DNA from: a virus
Lineage: Duplodnaviria > Caudoviricetes
IMG/VR virus record: IMGVR_UViG_3300031953_000287
Span: 1 to 42,732 of that record
DNA length: 42,732 bases
Strand: one strand, 5' to 3'
Positions 1 to 9,861 of the stretch are shown here, piece after piece. The notes below the pieces were generated by a model. That model was not told where the DNA came from and did not search any database. It saw nothing but the letters and a program-made list of their open reading frames with translations. Made by a program: the position numbers and the translations under genes. The stretch's first letter is position 1; each line of letters begins with the position of its first letter.

Positions 1-230
1 TGATATTAATTTGATTGTACCACCTGTACAACCCCAAAACTTATTATTTTTAATGCTTATTCCATAACCAATGGCAGTAAATTCTATAGCATTATGGATT
101 TCAGCAATATTAATAGGATCTTGTGCTGAAAAACTGCAACCCTCAATATTAATTCCCCAAGCACTAGCAGTATCACAATAAATACCTTTTTCAGTCATAT
201 CGAAGCCACAATTTTTTATATCACCACTTG
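1..230. repeat. Terminal overlap copy 1 (matches 42503-42732 at 229/230; mismatch G128 vs A42630), marking a circular 42,502-bp genome
   Basis: Direct comparison of both window ends; the tailspike reading frame continues in frame across the join. Confidence 0.97.
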
Positions 231-1602
231 CTATAGAACCACTTACACCATCTGTTATATAAATTCCCTTGTTATAACCCCAACAAAAACAATTTTCAAT
301 AATTATCCAATCGGCACGTTTTAATTTGAAAAGTATTGCATTTGCTCTTGTTATTTGACTAAAATCAGTTGGGGAAAAAGCATCTTTCCAAAATATTGGA
401 TTAATGTGTATATCTTTAAATCTATCAATATCAGTACAATTATCTACATCAAAACCTAAGTTTAAAACAAAACCTGTACACCTTTGTACTGTTATCCCAC
501 CGTGTGAGTTAGTAAAATCAGCTATTTGATATACATTTATAAATGCACAATCTAATATATCTATATCTGATGCACCACCTACATTGCTTAAAAATAGTGA
601 TGGGAATACAATAGCAGAACCAGCACCAGTATTTAATTGTGTAGGGTAATAAAATGTGATACCCTCAACACTGCATCCACTATTTAAAACTATTGCTTGG
701 GTTGTAGAATTAGTTATATATATGGCTGAACCTTGTTTTTCATCATCTTTAGATTTTACCCCAACTAAGTTAACACCTTTACTCAAAGTCAATTGCGACT
801 TCAAAACAAACTTACCAACGGGAATATATATTATGCCACCATTTATTAATGTGTTGTTAGCATCTATAAATGCTTGCGTATCATCAGTTGTTCCATCGCC
901 TACTGCTCCATAATCTTTAACATTTATAAATAATTCACCTTTTATCACTTTATTTGCCAAGGATGTATCAACTTTATCTAATCTTGTGTCTAAATTTATC
1001 TCTCCACCACGAGCATTTGTAATTTCTGTATTTGTAGTATCTAATGCACTTTGTGGTGCTTTCAGTGCTAGTTGTGTTACGTTATCTGCCAATGATGTAT
1101 CTATCTTTCCTATTTTGGTACCTAAATTTACTTCACCTTTTCGTGCATTTGTTACCTCTAAATCCACTCTGTCAATCGTGGTTAGCGCGTTAGTTAGTGC
1201 GGTAAACTCACTCGTACTTTGTATGGCTGCATCATCTCGAATAACTTCGCTTACTGTAAAGTTAAACGTTACTGATGTTAATATTTCACCAGCAGTACCG
1301 TAAATGGTTATTTCACTTGCTACTAACCCAGCATAACTTAATGCTTGAGTAGTTAATAGACAACTTAATTTACCTGTTAAAGCATTGTCCAGTGTACAGT
1401 CTAAAAATACTTTTGTTGCATCTGATTTTTCAAAATATATTCTCGAAGTTGTTCCTGTTAAGTCATATGCCACCGAACTGTTGAAAATGTTAATTACAAA
1501 TTTATGACTATTAGTATCATTTTTTTTAATATTAATAGATTGATTCATATTTATTTTATTTGCTAAGTCTATATTTATATTATGATTAATAGTGTTTATC
1601 AT
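1..1602 (-). CDS. Receptor-binding tailspike/depolymerase, 5' part: BppU-like baseplate N-domain, repeated neck motif, pectate-lyase-3-like beta-helix; continues at 42502->42128 (658 aa in total)
   Basis: Translated by hand from ATG at 1602: MINTINHNINIDL..KKNDTNSHKFVINIF (BppU-like); NVKDYGAVGDGTTDDTQAF; no stop down to base 1; in frame with ORF 42128..42700. Confidence 0.9.
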   Translation of the reverse strand, partial: MINTINHNINIDLANKINMNQSINIKKNDTNSHKFVINIFNSSVAYDLTGTTSRIYFEKSDATKVFLDCTLDNALTGKLSCLLTTQALSYAGLVASEITIYGTAGEILTSVTFNFTVSEVIRDDAAIQSTSEFTALTNALTTIDRVDLEVTNARKGEVNLGTKIGKIDTSLADNVTQLALKAPQSALDTTNTEITNARGGEINLDTRLDKVDTSLANKVIKGELFINVKDYGAVGDGTTDDTQAFIDANNTLINGGIIYIPVGKFVLKSQLTLSKGVNLVGVKSKDDEKQGSAIYITNSTTQAIVLNSGCSVEGITFYYPTQLNTGAGSAIVFPSLFLSNVGGASDIDILDCAFINVYQIADFTNSHGGITVQRCTGFVLNLGFDVDNCTDIDRFKDIHINPIFWKDAFSPTDFSQITRANAILFKLKRADWIIIENCFCWGYNKGIYITDGVSGSIASGDIKNCGFDMTEKGIYCDTASAWGINIEGCSFSAQDPINIAEIHNAIEFTAIGYGISIKNNKFWGCTGGTIKLIS

Positions 1603-1626
1603 TTATTCACCATCCCTTTCTACATT

Positions 1627-1651
1627 AAAAAAGTACCCTCTCAGGTACTTT
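1627..1651 (-). terminator. Intrinsic terminator after the Tal gene
   Basis: AAAGTACC-TGAGAG-GGTACTTT followed by a T-run on the minus strand. Confidence 0.6.
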
Positions 1652-1664
1652 AATTTTATTATTT

Positions 1665-3506
1665 TTAATTGTTATGTCCACCTGTAGCATCTATATGATA
1701 TACAACAGTCCCACCTATAACAAATTGAAAGACCGAACCTTGCATATTAATATAAGTTGCCTGACTTGAATGTATTCTAAGTCTATCTGTATTTATTGAT
1801 TGGAATGATGCTCCAAATTCACCTATATTAATTTTCCATTTACTTGTTTCTCCAACAATAGAATCTGTTATTACTCTATCGAGGGTTCTTATCTCTCCAG
1901 TTGAAAATATATTACCTAGAAAACTCCAATCACCTGAATTGTAAGCAAGATTTGTTACACCATTAGTAGCAACAATAAATCCCTTTGAACTATCAGCTAA
2001 GTTTACTTGTACTGCGGCTGAATTTCCTCTTATGCTTCCTGCTAACACACCTTGAGCATAAAATGATAATTCGTCACCATCAAGCTGCGATGTTTTTTGA
2101 TTTGCCGAATTATAGGTAGATAAATTGCTACCATCTAGCACTACTCTTGCACCTGCTGTTGCGGTTTGTACTGTAAACCCTGTTAGTATCCCAACTTTTA
2201 TAATACTTGCGTTTAATTGCCCTGTGTCTATAAAATCAGCTACTATATGTCCATCTGCCGTAATTGCAGTTCCAAATGGACCATTATAGCCAGTTCCACT
2301 ATATCCTAGCCCATTTTGGTTCCATCTCCAAACTTTGGTTGCCGTCATAGGATCTTCTGTATCCATTATTAATAGTTCACCATTACGTTTCATTACATAT
2401 CCACCTAATGCACTGTTTATTTGTGTTGTAGCATTATCTATAGCAAGTTGTAAACTACTTTTAGTATTCACTATATCTGTTTTAACTTCTTGAATTGAAT
2501 TATTAATAGTTGTTGCTAAATTAGGTTTAAAACTCCCTAACTCAATTTTCTCAATTCTGTCTGTTAATATATTTTTAGTTATTTTTATTACTTTTGCTTT
2601 TAAGTTTATATCCAATCTATTATGTTTTATAGTTACTGTGTCACCTAAATAAACTCTCTCTAATACTGCATAATTTTTATACTCCTCTGTTTTACTTAAT
2701 TCTAAAAAATCAATTTTATAATTAAATTGAGGAATATCTATTTTATTATCTGTCATGTATTCTTGTCCTGCAACTCTCAAAGTTCCTTCTGTTTCATAAT
2801 CACTTAATTCAACAACTTTGATTTTAGGATGTGAAAAGTTATCAATATAAATTGAATCAATATACTTTTCTGTAAGCAAAAGCCCGTCCTTACCAATAGG
2901 CATTAATCTAGTTGTAACTCCATCCATATCCAAATCCTCTTGGATTCCTTGTACGTTTTTACCATAGGCAACTAATACACCTCTATCAAGTCCTCTAGTA
3001 CCTAATAACTTAATGTTGAAATTGTCTCTTACTAATTCACCACCAATATTATTAATTAATCCATCAGTACCCATTATAGCTTCAACTACGTTTTTTCTGA
3101 TAAACTGTTTATTTGCTAATATTGAAACATCGCTCATTGATGTAAAACTATGTGCGTATTGAGTATTTGTAAGTATTGCATCTAAAGCACCAGCGCCGTT
3201 TATATTAGTCAATGTTATATCTTCTAAAAAATTATCAAGTAAATCATAATATATATGCCTTGCATTTATCTTAATTCCTTTTAAAGTTTTTACTTTATGA
3301 TATATACGAAACAGCTGAGAAGAAGCCTTTATAATATTTCCTTCTAAAAGTTGTTTCCATTTGCCATGTTCATCAAGTGGATATTCAATAGTAGCCTCAA
3401 ATACTGAATTGAGTTCCTCTTCAACAACACAAGAAATGCATTCATTAAGTACGACTAAACCATTGTTTGTGAAGTCTGTTTCTTTACTATCATAAATATT
3501 AATCAT
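1665..3506 (-). CDS. Tail-associated (Tal) prophage endopeptidase-type tail protein
   Basis: MINIYDSKETDFTNNGL..GGELVRDNF..YGKN..TRLMPIGKDGL..VWRWNQNGLGYS..AITADGHIVADFI; follows Dit. Confidence 0.85.
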   Translation of the reverse strand: MINIYDSKETDFTNNGLVVLNECISCVVEEELNSVFEATIEYPLDEHGKWKQLLEGNIIKASSQLFRIYHKVKTLKGIKINARHIYYDLLDNFLEDITLTNINGAGALDAILTNTQYAHSFTSMSDVSILANKQFIRKNVVEAIMGTDGLINNIGGELVRDNFNIKLLGTRGLDRGVLVAYGKNVQGIQEDLDMDGVTTRLMPIGKDGLLLTEKYIDSIYIDNFSHPKIKVVELSDYETEGTLRVAGQEYMTDNKIDIPQFNYKIDFLELSKTEEYKNYAVLERVYLGDTVTIKHNRLDINLKAKVIKITKNILTDRIEKIELGSFKPNLATTINNSIQEVKTDIVNTKSSLQLAIDNATTQINSALGGYVMKRNGELLIMDTEDPMTATKVWRWNQNGLGYSGTGYNGPFGTAITADGHIVADFIDTGQLNASIIKVGILTGFTVQTATAGARVVLDGSNLSTYNSANQKTSQLDGDELSFYAQGVLAGSIRGNSAAVQVNLADSSKGFIVATNGVTNLAYNSGDWSFLGNIFSTGEIRTLDRVITDSIVGETSKWKINIGEFGASFQSINTDRLRIHSSQATYINMQGSVFQFVIGGTVVYHIDATGGHNN

Positions 3507-4195
3507 TAAATCCACCTCCAATTAGGTGTTACTTCTAATTTTGTTATTGTACCAGTCCATGAAATAAAATTGTTTCCACCCTCTAAATTAAGAAACTCAC
3601 CACTCATATCATTGTTTTTTAAAAGTGTATTTTTATAACAATCAACCAAATCACTGTCCATAGTTACATAATCCACTATGTTAGTTAAATTTACAGTTTG
3701 ACTATTAATAGTAACACTCACATCACCACTACCAAACACTTTAATAATCGGTAGGCTAGTATTACCTGTCCCATTGTAAATCGTTCCTGCGTTCTCTAAG
3801 GTTATCAATTCTTCACCTATACTAAGTTTGTACGGTTGAACTTTAAACATCAAAGGAAATTCTCCAAAAGTTTTTAGACTCTGTGATATATCTATTTTAT
3901 TAATTATTCTAGCTTTATATTTATAATCAGAATCCCAACTAAATATCAAATCGCTAGATGTGTTCATTAACCATGCTTTTACTTCTTCTATTCGGCTTTC
4001 ATCCATGATCGTGCATTCAAGAGGTAAGATATAACTTTTCCTAGTTTTATAATCTATTGTCAAATTGCCATCCTTGCCCGGTAATTCGTACTCATCTATA
4101 TTGTTTTCGGGAACTACGCTAGGAGGCTTCACATTTATAATGACTCCAAAATCTTCGTAACTATCTTTATTATTGTATATAAAACTTGGGAACAT
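3506..4195 (-). CDS. Distal tail protein (Dit)
   Basis: LPGKDGNL..FKVQPYK..GEFLNLEGGNNFISW..PNWRWI; lies between TMP and Tal. Confidence 0.85.
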   Translation of the reverse strand: MFPSFIYNNKDSYEDFGVIINVKPPSVVPENNIDEYELPGKDGNLTIDYKTRKSYILPLECTIMDESRIEEVKAWLMNTSSDLIFSWDSDYKYKARIINKIDISQSLKTFGEFPLMFKVQPYKLSIGEELITLENAGTIYNGTGNTSLPIIKVFGSGDVSVTINSQTVNLTNIVDYVTMDSDLVDCYKNTLLKNNDMSGEFLNLEGGNNFISWTGTITKLEVTPNWRWI

Positions 4196-6247
4196 CTAAA
4201 CCCCTCCTAATTCTTTCTTTTTAATGTAATAACTTAATTCTTCGGCTAGTTCTTCAACGTCTTGTTTTCTTTCATTTACAAATGTTTCAATGTTTAAATT
4301 AAAACCACTATTTTTACTACTTGCTATTTTTGCACTATCTTTTGCGTTTTTAATAGTTTCTCCACCATTAAAGTTTAATAGTTCAGGACCTTTTTCTCCT
4401 ACCCAATGAAGTCCTTTTGTTGCATTAGTTGTTCCTGTTGCGTATCCTCTATCAGTAGTGCCTCCAGTTCTTGGGATGCCACTAGAGGAATATTTCGTTA
4501 CTCTATTTGTAGTTACTGTAGTACTTTTGTCTTCTGTTGGCTCTTTATTCCATTTTGTCAACCAATTCCAAGCTTTAGAGATTGCGGTGGTAACTGTTTC
4601 CCAATTTTTAACGAGCGCCACGATTCCAACACCAAGCGCTACGAGTGCAAGTATTACTATTGCTATAGGATTTAAACTCATAACTAAGTTAAAAGCAGCC
4701 ATTGCTACTGACCCAGCGGTTGTTGCAGCGGTTCCTATACCCTGTGCTATATATAAGGCGACAATTGAAGCGGTTAAAGCTACATCTTTAATTTTTGCGA
4801 TCCCAAGTTGTACATTATGTGCTAGTAATGCAATGTTACTTGCTAATACTATACCTTTTTGTGTTATCCATACTGTAGTTAACGCTATTACTACACCTTT
4901 TATAAGCGGTATGTTGTCACGCACCCACGTTAAAGCAGTTATTAAAATATCAAAAGCCTTAGTAGTTAATTCCTTTATAGTTTCGCCTAAATCAAAAGAC
5001 TTTGTATTCAAGTTAGGGAATATAGTTTCTGCAATTTCTTTGCCTACCTCGATTACTTTTTGAAATTTAGTTATTACTATTTCAACTACATCAGATACTG
5101 TTGTCATAGCATTGTCTATACCTTGCTTTATCTCCGGCATGTGCTTTATAACCCACTCGAGAACGTTGTTGAACATAGGTAGCAACTTTTCTCCGAGCGT
5201 TATCATTACAACATTAAAACTTTCTGTCATTTTCTGCATCATAGCAGAGACCGTAGCCTGTTGAGTTTTAAATGCTGCTTCTGTTGCTCCAGCTGCTTCT
5301 GCCATCGCCTTAGTTTTTTCTGTAAATATATCTGCTTGCGAGCCTGTTAGTGCTAATACTGCGGTTCCAGCTTCTACACTCCCAAACATATTTCCAAGTT
5401 CTGTAGTGTTACCGCCAACCGATTCTTTTAATCCTGTTAAAGCACCATTCAACCCCAAACTTTCCAAAGCTGCTGCCCCTGTTTCATATCCCATCCCTTT
5501 TAGTGCTGCTGACATACTTTCACTCGGTTTCATAAATGCTTGGATTGTTCCTCTAAGTTGCGTTGTAACCTCTGCAGTACCGCCTGTTACTCCAGTTAGT
5601 GTTGCCATTGCACCGAATAATTCTTCTTGACTAACTTTCATTGCTCCGGCTAAAGGTATCACCTTTCCCATATTTTGAGCCAAACTTGGAAAATCGGTTT
5701 GACCTAATTTTACTGTGAGAAATGCTAAATCAGACGTTTGTTGTGCTGCCTTTGCTGATGTATCACCATAACCTTTTGTTACTGCTGATAATAGATTAAC
5801 TGAATCCGTTACTGTAGCATTTCCTGCCGCTGCACCCTTTGTACTTATTTCAAGTATCTTCATAGCATCATCTGTTTCACCGAAAGCACTCACAACTTGA
5901 TACAATCCATCCGTCAATAATTCTGTGCTTGTGCCTGTCTCGCTACTCATTTTTTTAACTTGTGCGGACATATTACCTATTTTAGTTTTAACATCACCAT
6001 CTAAGAGAGTAGCAACATTAGCCATTTGTTTCTCATACGAAACTGCGGCTTTAAGTGCTACACCACCGATTGCTGCGGCTGCTGCTCCTGCTGCAAGTAC
6101 CATTGCACCGCCCCATTTTGCAGCGGTTGCAATACCTTTCCCAAGCGCACCATCAGCACGTCTTGCACTACCTTCAATTTCTCCTAAACTTCTATTTGCC
6201 CCGTTGTCCCTTAAAAATATCTCTCCAAATAATTCAAATGCTCTCAC
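4196..6247 (-). CDS. Tail tape measure protein (TP901 family, short, 683 aa)
   Basis: Ala/Gly-rich with TP901 core and GYATGT..VGEKGPEL motif. Confidence 0.92.
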   Translation of the reverse strand: MRAFELFGEIFLRDNGANRSLGEIEGSARRADGALGKGIATAAKWGGAMVLAAGAAAAAIGGVALKAAVSYEKQMANVATLLDGDVKTKIGNMSAQVKKMSSETGTSTELLTDGLYQVVSAFGETDDAMKILEISTKGAAAGNATVTDSVNLLSAVTKGYGDTSAKAAQQTSDLAFLTVKLGQTDFPSLAQNMGKVIPLAGAMKVSQEELFGAMATLTGVTGGTAEVTTQLRGTIQAFMKPSESMSAALKGMGYETGAAALESLGLNGALTGLKESVGGNTTELGNMFGSVEAGTAVLALTGSQADIFTEKTKAMAEAAGATEAAFKTQQATVSAMMQKMTESFNVVMITLGEKLLPMFNNVLEWVIKHMPEIKQGIDNAMTTVSDVVEIVITKFQKVIEVGKEIAETIFPNLNTKSFDLGETIKELTTKAFDILITALTWVRDNIPLIKGVVIALTTVWITQKGIVLASNIALLAHNVQLGIAKIKDVALTASIVALYIAQGIGTAATTAGSVAMAAFNLVMSLNPIAIVILALVALGVGIVALVKNWETVTTAISKAWNWLTKWNKEPTEDKSTTVTTNRVTKYSSSGIPRTGGTTDRGYATGTTNATKGLHWVGEKGPELLNFNGGETIKNAKDSAKIASSKNSGFNLNIETFVNERKQDVEELAEELSYYIKKKELGGV

Positions 6248-6552
6248 TTCACACCTCCCATAGAGGATAAAATTTTATCGACCTTACTTTGAATTTCTTC
6301 TTTAGTTTCACTCTTAACTTTTACAACTTTCTTATTGAAATAATCTTCAAAACTTTTATAAGGAATTTCGCCAGTTCTCATAAAATGCAAATCTACTAGA
6401 TATTCACTATGAGCCTTTTTACTTTGTTCCTTTTCATTTAGTTTTAAGACTAGTTTTATGACCGTTTTTAGTTTTTGTCTACGTATATAATCATAGTTAA
6501 AGCTATGAACTAAAATAATAATGTTTTCGTAGTCTAGTTCATAGGCTAAATA
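6244..6552 (-). CDS. Tail assembly chaperone -1 frameshift extension (gpGT-like)
   Basis: The -1 frame after CTT TTT is open for 102 codons to a TGA overlapping the TMP GTG; stem-loop at 6502-6545. Confidence 0.7.
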   Translation of the reverse strand, partial: YLAYELDYENIIILVHSFNYDYIRRQKLKTVIKLVLKLNEKEQSKKAHSEYLVDLHFMRTGEIPYKSFEDYFNKKVVKVKSETKEEIQSKVDKILSSMGGVK

Positions 6553-6893
6553 AAAAGTTCTTTTATATCCTCATCATTTAGTAAAGTTTTTAACGCTAAT
6601 ATAGACTTGATTAAACCTTGTTTTTTAACAATTTCAATATCGATTTCTTGAACGATTGAAACAATTTCAAATATTTCTTCTTTAATTGATTTTGCATTTT
6701 TAAATACTAATATAAAAACAGTATCTAAAAGTACATCAAGTCCGATCTTCTTTGCCATTTCTTCTTTGCTTAATCCCTCGTGTTTTGCAACTGCTTTCTG
6801 TGCCTGTGCTTTCATATATTCTTTGACATCTAGTTTCTCATAAATGCTGCCTATTAGTGGCAGCAAATCAAGTGCTTTTTCTGTGTTTAACAT
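6546..6893 (-). CDS. Tail assembly chaperone (gpG-like)
   Basis: Between major tail protein and TMP; ends GAA CTT TTT ATT TAG. Confidence 0.75.
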   Translation of the reverse strand: MLNTEKALDLLPLIGSIYEKLDVKEYMKAQAQKAVAKHEGLSKEEMAKKIGLDVLLDTVFILVFKNAKSIKEEIFEIVSIVQEIDIEIVKKQGLIKSILALKTLLNDEDIKELFI

Positions 6894-6936
6894 ATATTCC
6901 TCCTAAAATTAAAGAGAGCCATAAGGCTCCCTAGTT

Positions 6937-7824
6937 TTATACTGTTGTGAAATTTGTTATATTATTTTGTGCTAGTGCATTCCCACTTATATCTTTTATA
7001 TTAGTTGTAGCAAGTGCAGTATAAGCGGTAGCGGTTATTAAATCTGCTATTGGTGTAAATGTAACTGTGAGTTTGTCTAACGACTGTGTTAACGCTCCAG
7101 CCACTGAAACCCCTGCTTCTAGTAAGAAGAAGTTTGCACTACTTACGCTAACATTTGAAATAGCTTCACTAAATGTCCATATTATAGCCGAGTTCAATGC
7201 AACCGCTGTTGCTGAATCAGCAGGAACTACTGTAACTGTAGGCGGTGCTGTATCACCAGGAATTTTAGGATTATAAATAGTGAATGGAACTGTTCCTTGT
7301 GTTGTTGGACCATAATGTCCTGTGAATAATGCTTCCATTGTACCCTCGTTTTTATCTTCACTCGCAAGTGTTAATCCCTGTAAATTGATAGCATTTGAAA
7401 CTTGAATTATAATAGGTAAAGCAGATCCACTTATAGTACCTATATAAGTTATATTAGTAAGATAATCAGCATCCTCTATTTTATCTTTACCTGTTACAAT
7501 ATCATATGTTGCTTCTGTAACACTATCCACTGAAGAGGCACCTAATAGTGCTTGAAAATTAGCAGTAGTCATTTCTAACATAGTACCTTTTAATGTAACA
7601 ACCCAATTATCAATACGATTAAACCCTGCGGTGTTTTCTTTAATTCCATCCGCTACAATAGCTCTAATTGTAGGCACTGCGGAAAACTCTCCGCCACCTC
7701 TTGTAAGTCCTAGTAATTTAGCACTTGCGGTTGCTACTGTATCTGTTGCCATATCAAAATTTTTATAAAATGCGCCACTATCTAACATAAAATGTTTTGG
7801 TGATTCTGCGGTATATCCGTTCAT
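6937..7824 (-). CDS. Major tail protein with C-terminal Ig-like (Big_5-type) domain
   Basis: LDSGAFYKNF..LGLTRGGGEF N-domain; DTAPPTV..WTFSEAI..VTFTP..NIKDISGNAL..NFTT. Confidence 0.85.
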   Translation of the reverse strand: MNGYTAESPKHFMLDSGAFYKNFDMATDTVATASAKLLGLTRGGGEFSAVPTIRAIVADGIKENTAGFNRIDNWVVTLKGTMLEMTTANFQALLGASSVDSVTEATYDIVTGKDKIEDADYLTNITYIGTISGSALPIIIQVSNAINLQGLTLASEDKNEGTMEALFTGHYGPTTQGTVPFTIYNPKIPGDTAPPTVTVVPADSATAVALNSAIIWTFSEAISNVSVSSANFFLLEAGVSVAGALTQSLDKLTVTFTPIADLITATAYTALATTNIKDISGNALAQNNITNFTTV

Positions 7825-7825
7825 T

Positions 7826-8203
7826 TTAACCCCTCCTGTATAATTTAATATTGTATCTTAGTCTACGTCTATCTATTATTGGATCTTCATCTGGTATATT
7901 TAATTTATAAGGATTATCCCTATATATTTTACATTGAAAGTTAGCATCTAAATTCATAAGCCTATTTAGTTTTTTATCTACATTTTCGGTAATGGTTTCT
8001 AATTCCACTATATCGCCCGTATTAGTCCATACGTCTACTTCTAATACTGTGTCCTCTCTAACTTCTACTTCGCTAGTATTTGGCATATGGTAGACTACAT
8101 AAGGATATTCTGTGCTTTGTGGCGCTTTTTCAAAATAAGTTTTTGAATGAACGCTTTGTATCTGCTCATATATAAAAGTAAGTAAGTCCATCATGTTAAT
8201 CAC
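7826..8203 (-). CDS. Tail terminator / head-tail completion protein
   Basis: YPYVVY..LEVDVW motif; upstream of the major tail gene. Confidence 0.75.
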   Translation of the reverse strand: MINMMDLLTFIYEQIQSVHSKTYFEKAPQSTEYPYVVYHMPNTSEVEVREDTVLEVDVWTNTGDIVELETITENVDKKLNRLMNLDANFQCKIYRDNPYKLNIPDEDPIIDRRRLRYNIKLYRRG

Positions 8204-8516
8204 CCACTCCGTTTAATTCTCTTTCTGTGATTCTTTTAATTTCGTCTACATTTTCTTCTACACTGCCTGTTAATATTCTTTGTGCTCTCTGTCTGCTCGT
8301 TCCAAATTCCACAAATTTTGCATAAAAAACGTCACTCCCCACCGTAACTCTATCCTCACTGACCTCATGTTCCCACGAACTTTTAAGTCTACCACTTACA
8401 ACTGGACTTCTCGAAACTGCTTCACCATCAACATATAAGCCTATCTTTTCAAGTGCTCTTTGTTCCGCCCTAGTAACTTCTTGCATTACTTCTCTGCGAT
8501 AACTTCTAAATGTCAT
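8196..8516 (-). CDS. HK97 gp10-family neck protein
   Basis: SPVVSGRLKSS..YAKFVEFGT. Confidence 0.85.
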   Translation of the reverse strand: MTFRSYRREVMQEVTRAEQRALEKIGLYVDGEAVSRSPVVSGRLKSSWEHEVSEDRVTVGSDVFYAKFVEFGTSRQRAQRILTGSVEENVDEIKRITERELNGVGD

Positions 8517-8824
8517 TCTATCAACTCCAAACTAATTTGATAAAATTCTCTTTTATTATCAATCAATTTAACATCATACAAATGTCCATTATAAACAACT
8601 CTATCAGCTTCAATAATATCTGTAATATAACAGTACATTTTGTGTGTGGAGTATACAGTAACTTTGTCAGTACTAACTCTCTCATTACCATTTAAAGTTC
8701 TTATATAGCCTTGTATGGTGGTTAAATCATTCCATGATGTTACTGTGTTTCCAAACGTTCCAATAGTGACAGTAAGTCTTTTGATTAAGATATCCTCAAA
8801 GTATTCTTCGAACTCCTCTATCAT
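8513..8824 (-). CDS. Head closure (stopper) protein
   Basis: Size and position; DIIEADRVVYNGHLYDV. Confidence 0.7.
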   Translation of the reverse strand: MIEEFEEYFEDILIKRLTVTIGTFGNTVTSWNDLTTIQGYIRTLNGNERVSTDKVTVYSTHKMYCYITDIIEADRVVYNGHLYDVKLIDNKREFYQISLELIE

Positions 8825-9132
8825 ACAAACTTCACCAACGCTCTGGGTAGCAATCCCATAATGTCGTTAGGCAGTCCCATTGGATTATTGACATAAGATA
8901 AACTTAAATCGCCTATACTTTTTGAAGCAATCCCACTTTTAACGCTGTCTAAATATTGAATACCTCTAGCAACAAACAATTTTACACCGCCTGGAATAGT
9001 AACACTAAAATCTCTATTTGTTTTATCCTCTGCTACTTCTAAGAGAATGGGGATCATAGCATCATAATAAGCATCTTTACTTACATTTAATATATCTATA
9101 TTAAGTAACAATTTAATATCATCAGCGGTCAA
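8821..9132 (-). CDS. Head-tail adaptor (SPP1 gp15-like)
   Basis: GIASKSIGDLSLSY motif; position. Confidence 0.75.
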   Translation of the reverse strand: MTADDIKLLLNIDILNVSKDAYYDAMIPILLEVAEDKTNRDFSVTIPGGVKLFVARGIQYLDSVKSGIASKSIGDLSLSYVNNPMGLPNDIMGLLPRALVKFV

Positions 9133-9137
9133 TTAAA

Positions 9138-9332
9138 TCACCTCTTTTTACTTTTCTTTTCTACCTTTTCTACCTTTTCTTCTATTTCTTCTATTTCTTC
9201 TTCAACTACTTCTTCAACTTCCTCTGTCGTTATTTCTTCAACCTCTTCAATAACTTCTATTTCTTTTTTAACTTCTTTTGCTTTCTTTTCTGCTGCCAAT
9301 CTCCTAGCCTTATTAAATGAACTTAATCCCAT
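9138..9332 (-). CDS. Small charged head-module protein
   Basis: MGLSSFNKARR followed by an E/K-rich tail; RBS GGAGG. Confidence 0.6.
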   Translation of the reverse strand: MGLSSFNKARRLAAEKKAKEVKKEIEVIEEVEEITTEEVEEVVEEEIEEIEEKVEKVEKKSKKR

Positions 9333-9342
9333 ATTATCCCTC

Positions 9343-9810
9343 CTACGCTATTAAAGTATCAACACTGGTTTTATCTGATATTGCATAACCTAGTTTAGTA
9401 CTTCCTGTTATTGTTAAAGTTTGTGTATCTGCTGCTGCCCAAGCTCCTATATATTCTAAATCAACTGTTCCTTTCCCCTCTGTTAATAATATAGTAGTTG
9501 CTCCACCTGCTATTGTTGCGGTTCCTGTTCCAACAGTTACTTCGGCTACTGCTATTGCAAAAGTACCATTTAAAAATGTGCATCTTTCATCTGCTGCGGT
9601 TTTTAACTCCACTGTTACCGTTCTTACAAATTTAGTTTCTACACCACCTATTGCAGCATTAACTACGGTTGCACTGCTACCTAATATGGCTGGTGTTACA
9701 GTTAAGACCATGTCTCCATTGATACCTTTTTCAAGTGTTTCGAGATAAGCGTATACATCTTTTAGTGAATGTTTAAATGTCTTTTGTTTAAAAGTTGCTA
9801 TTTTACTCAT
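9343..9810 (-). CDS. Putative head decoration/fiber protein
   Basis: Beta-rich, T/A/G-rich; immediately after MCP; strong RBS. Confidence 0.5.
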   Translation of the reverse strand: MSKIATFKQKTFKHSLKDVYAYLETLEKGINGDMVLTVTPAILGSSATVVNAAIGGVETKFVRTVTVELKTAADERCTFLNGTFAIAVAEVTVGTGTATIAGGATTILLTEGKGTVDLEYIGAWAAADTQTLTITGSTKLGYAISDKTSVDTLIA

Positions 9811-9861
9811 ATAATTACCTCCTTAAAATAAAGAGGGTTTTTATACCCTCTAATTTGTTGC

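Noticed and set aside
955-1160. Repeated E(I/V)TNAR.GE.NL..(I/V)DTSLA motif in the tailspike neck
   Set aside because: Real, but a common neck repeat in Firmicutes phage tail proteins and not unusual
1-1602. Diversity-generating retroelement acting on the tailspike
   Set aside because: No reverse transcriptase, and only one mismatch between the repeat copies
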